A DNA stretch of 64,000 nucleotides from the NCBI RefSeq assembly GCF_009834535.1, contig NC_045705.1, forward strand, positions 71,920,001-71,984,000, in the 5' to 3' direction. The notes under the pieces are model-generated. The model saw only the letters and a list, made by a program, of their open reading frames with translations. It was not told where the DNA came from and did not search any database. The position numbers and the translations under genes are program-made. This document shows, in pieces, positions 60,950 to 64,000 of this stretch. Position 1 is the first letter of the stretch, and the number at the start of each line of letters is the position of its first letter. The DNA is from Camelus ferus (Eukaryota).

Positions 60950-61740
60950 GGGGCGAAGGATGCAGACGAGCCGCCCAGGGCCCTGTGCCCGGTGCGGTCG
61001 ACCCTCTGGACTCGCACTAGAGCCTTTAATGGCGACAGGTCCCACAGGAGTGACCAGGAGTCCCCTGGGTCGGCCTGTGTGAGCCCCCTGCCGCCAGCCG
61101 GACCGCCCCGGAGTGGGTGTAGGGGGTGCGGGCAGCAGGTGATCTCGAGGGCGATGCCCGGGCTACGTGCCCGGGAGCCCGGCGGGATCCGGCTGCGAGG
61201 AGGCGGCTGGGCTGTTCCACCGCGGGGGCCCTCGGGGTAGCGCCCAGGGTCGTACCACCCGCTTCTGCCGGCGGGGGAGCGGCTTCGGGGCCAGGCGGCA
61301 GCGCGGCGCCCGCAGGCCCCGCCCGGCAGGTGGCGGCCCCGCCCCGAGGCCGACGTGCGGAAAAGAACGCGCCGGCCGCGCCCGCGAGGGGCCGCGCGGC
61401 GGTGGGCGTGGCGACCCGTCCCCGGCTCGCGCCCACTGGCTGCGGCGCGGCAGGGCGGGCCCGGCTCGGCCTGCCATTGGCTGCGGGAGTTCTGTATTTG
61501 CATACGGGCCGGGCGCGGGGCGCGGGGCGCGAGGATGACGGGGGGCGCGAGGGGGCCGCGGCCGCCACCGAAGTTGGGCCGAGAGCCGGCGACGGCCCCG
61601 CGCCAGGGTCGCAGGTGACGCGCGAGGGGGTCCCAGGCTGGCGGGCGGGACCTCGGGCCGAGCAAGGGCAGCGGGCTCGGACAGCCAGTTTGGAGGAGAG
61701 GAAGGGGTCTGGGGTGGGGGACGACCCCTCCGCCCTGCCG
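60950..61740 (+). promoter_or_regulatory. mir-210 host-gene CpG-island promoter: HREs TACGTG 61164-61169 and GACGTG 61352-61357, reverse CCAAT ~61475, octamer ATTTGCAT 61496-61503
   Basis: RCGTG cores seen directly; the 61352 site is ~400 bp upstream of the hairpin, as for the established HIF-1 site of miR-210. Confidence 0.75.
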
Positions 61741-64000
61741 GCGGTCCCTCCAGGCGCAGGGCAGCCACTGCCCACTGCACATTGCGCTGCTCCGGACCCA
61801 CTGTGCGTGTGACAGCGGCTGATCTGTCCCTGGGCAGCGCGACCGCCCTGGCCCCTCAGTGACCCTTCTCTGTCCGGCAGGGGACGGCCATACAGGGTCG
61901 AGGGTGCTCACCTAGGTGGGTGGGAGGCCAGGGCTTCCCTATGGACTGGGCTTGCCGGTCTGCACCCAGCAGTGGGGTGGGAGGGGGAAATGGGGGACAG
62001 TCAGAGGACTTCGCTGCTCCCATGAGGGGGCTCGGGTAGGCCCAGATGCTCTCTTGGAGGGAACTCTTTTTTTCCCTGTGTATCTCAGGGTGCCAGGATA
62101 TGCAGGGCTCCTGGGACGGCCTGCCGGATGTCCGCCAAGCTGAAGGCAGCCCTGGGCAGGCACGGGTGTTGTGGTCAGACCCTGGGACATCAGGACCGGA
62201 ACCTCCAGAACCACCCTCTTGAGGGACACCTCTGGGAACGTTCTTGAGGAGGACAGTAGCAGATTTGGCTTTTTTGTGCACTTCTGCCCCTTCAGCAAGG
62301 CCACTCTTGGAGTCAGGACTCTGAAGGCCCATTTGTGCTGCCCAATGATGTGCCCCTCCCAGAAGTGGAGGTTCCCCAGGCCCGCCTTCACTGTTGTGTA
62401 TTCTCAAGTTCACTGTGAAAATCTGGTCGTGGAGCAGGCCCAGAGCGGCCTCTGGGCGGGCAGATGCCAGGACGCCTCGGCAGGCCTCATCTCCTCTCCC
62501 AGGCGTGGGGGTGGAGGGTGGAGGGTGGAGCAGCCTGGTGGGGAGGGGGGGCTTAGTCAGGGCCTCAAGTGGACTTAGACTCCCCTTCGGAGGGACCCTG
62601 TCCTAATGGTCGATGTGGTGTGCTGCGTGTCACACCGAGCCGGCTTCGCAGGGAGCTGTGGGTGGCCTTGGGGGTGAGAACCAGTGGAGCGGACTTGCTG
62701 CCACCGGTTGATGACTTATGTTGCGAGATCCTCAGTGAACCCTGCTGTTCTCAGCCAGCCCTTGAGGGCACTTCCACGCTGGGGGTGAGCAGACACTCTG
62801 AGGTCAGCCCACCGACAGCCTGGCCCTGTGGAGCGACAGTGAGGATGGTGGCCCTCGACATCCCCCTGGCTGGGTGCTGCCTCAGCTCCAGGGAGCTGGC
62901 CTGGCTTGGCTGGCCCTGGCCTGGCTTGGCTGGCCCTGCCCTGGCCTGGGGGAGCTGGGCCTCTCCACTCCTCAGCACATCTCACATAGTTTTCAAAGCA
63001 CAGTTTAAAACTCAGAAGTAAACTTTTCAGATTTGCTCCGTGATCTGATGCACTTCTGGCAACTTTGGGAGGTGTTGGGTTTTGTTCACCTGGAACAGTC
63101 ATAGGGGAAGAAAGTTCTGCCCCTTTCCCCACCCCAGAACACAGTGGTGGCCTGAGGATCCCCTCTGAGGTGGACAGGTCCCTGGCATTGGCTTTGGAAG
63201 GAAGAGGTGTTCCCTGAAAACATGCAAGAGACCAGGGTGTGCCAACTTCCCTTTGGGGGGGGTTGGGGACAGGGTGTGCATGACACTGGGAAGGGCGTGG
63301 GAGGGTGGTCCCTGGATGGCATCTGGCCCAGCCACTGATGGCCTGTGCTCAGCTTGGGAGATAACCCCCTGCTGAGACTCGGGGCTGGTGCCCAGAGGTA
63401 CATCCAACCCTGCTGAGCACAGGTTGGGGCTACAGGTCCCTTCGGACCTGGCAGTGATTGCTTCCAGTCCCCACTCTCCCACCCAGGGCGAGGCCCCATC
63501 AGTCTTTACACTCGAGGCTATACCCCGTGTGACCTGTGTTTGGCCCTATCTGGAGCCACGGGTCAGGCCGTTCCCAGCCCTTGGGTACAGGCTGCTGTGA
63601 GCTGGGCAGCGGGTTGGCACAGGAGTGTGGACAGGCACAGAACTGGGCTGGGGGCTTTGCAGAGGAAGCTGGGGAGGATTCCTCTGACACTAGATTCCTT
63701 TTGCCACTGGCCTGTGCAGCCACTCCTGTCCCTGCTCCATCTTAGGCAGTTGGTACCCAGTCCTGTTTACACCCATGAGCTGTGTACTCTTTGTGGTTTC
63801 CTTGCTCCTTGAGCTCAGGACTTTGTGTTCCCTCTGGGCCACCCCAAAGGAAGTGGGGAACACCAGGCCCAGCACAGGGGCCACTCCAGGAGGAGGTTGA
63901 GTTCATCCCAAAGTTGCCCACCCCCAAACTAAGCACGAAGATTCTGATGATTTAGGGTGCCCTACACTTTGTTCCTCAATATGCATGCTGCAACCCAGCC
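61400..64000 (+). ncRNA. MIR210HG: Probable mir-210 host transcript (boundaries unknown; candidate first donor CAG|gtgacg at 61614/61615)
   Basis: Inferred from synteny and the promoter; no canonical poly(A) hexamer seen before the window end. Confidence 0.4.
61741..61845 (+). ncRNA. MIR210: microRNA mir-210 precursor (5p 61763-61784; 3p 61801-61822)
   Basis: 3p arm CTGTGCGTGTGACAGCGGCTGA matches canonical miR-210-3p; the 5p arm AGCCACTGCCCACTGCACATTG pairs with it. Confidence 0.98.

Noticed and set aside
60922-61911. 329-aa minus-strand ORF over mir-210 and other host-gene micropeptides
   Set aside because: CpG-island shadow frames with no homology or coding signature visible.
62000-64000. 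RASSF7 expected by synteny
   Set aside because: No RASSF7-like exon recognised; it probably lies beyond the window end.
1-64000. CRISPR arrays, rRNA, prokaryotic operons or defence systems
   Set aside because: Sequence is spliced mammalian DNA; no repeat-spacer arrays or rRNA-like segments seen.

Overview
Mammalian genomic DNA, very likely camelid (tRNA-derived Vic-1-type SINEs). It is syntenic with human 11p15.5, read in the opposite orientation: DRD4 (-, cut inside exon 3 by the window start), an ~11 kb transposon-filled spacer, SCT (+), CDHR5 (+), IRF7 (+), PHRF1 (-), then the hypoxia microRNA mir-210 and its host-gene CpG island (+). I traced all five protein-coding genes exon by exon through GT-AG junctions. 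The four complete CDSs are in frame: SCT 131 aa, CDHR5 ~761 aa, IRF7 499 aa, PHRF1 1632 aa. I see no evidence of a wholly new biological system; the long unexplained ORFs are GC-rich shadow frames. The most interesting signals are lineage-specific changes in known genes: an apparent 1-nt frameshift giving IRF7 a new C-terminus, a 48-nt ancestral IRF7 intron apparently read through in frame plus a decayed exon, no canonical poly(A) hexamer directly after IRF7, a Gln18 secretin with a pure (CTG)11 signal-peptide repeat, an altered CDHR5 PDZ-binding tail and single-unit mucin domain, an 18-bp coding VNTR in DRD4, and an intact solo LTR with a perfect 6-bp TSD. Comparisons with human, pig or mouse orthologues are from memory and need alignment. 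TE family calls and boundaries are by eye.
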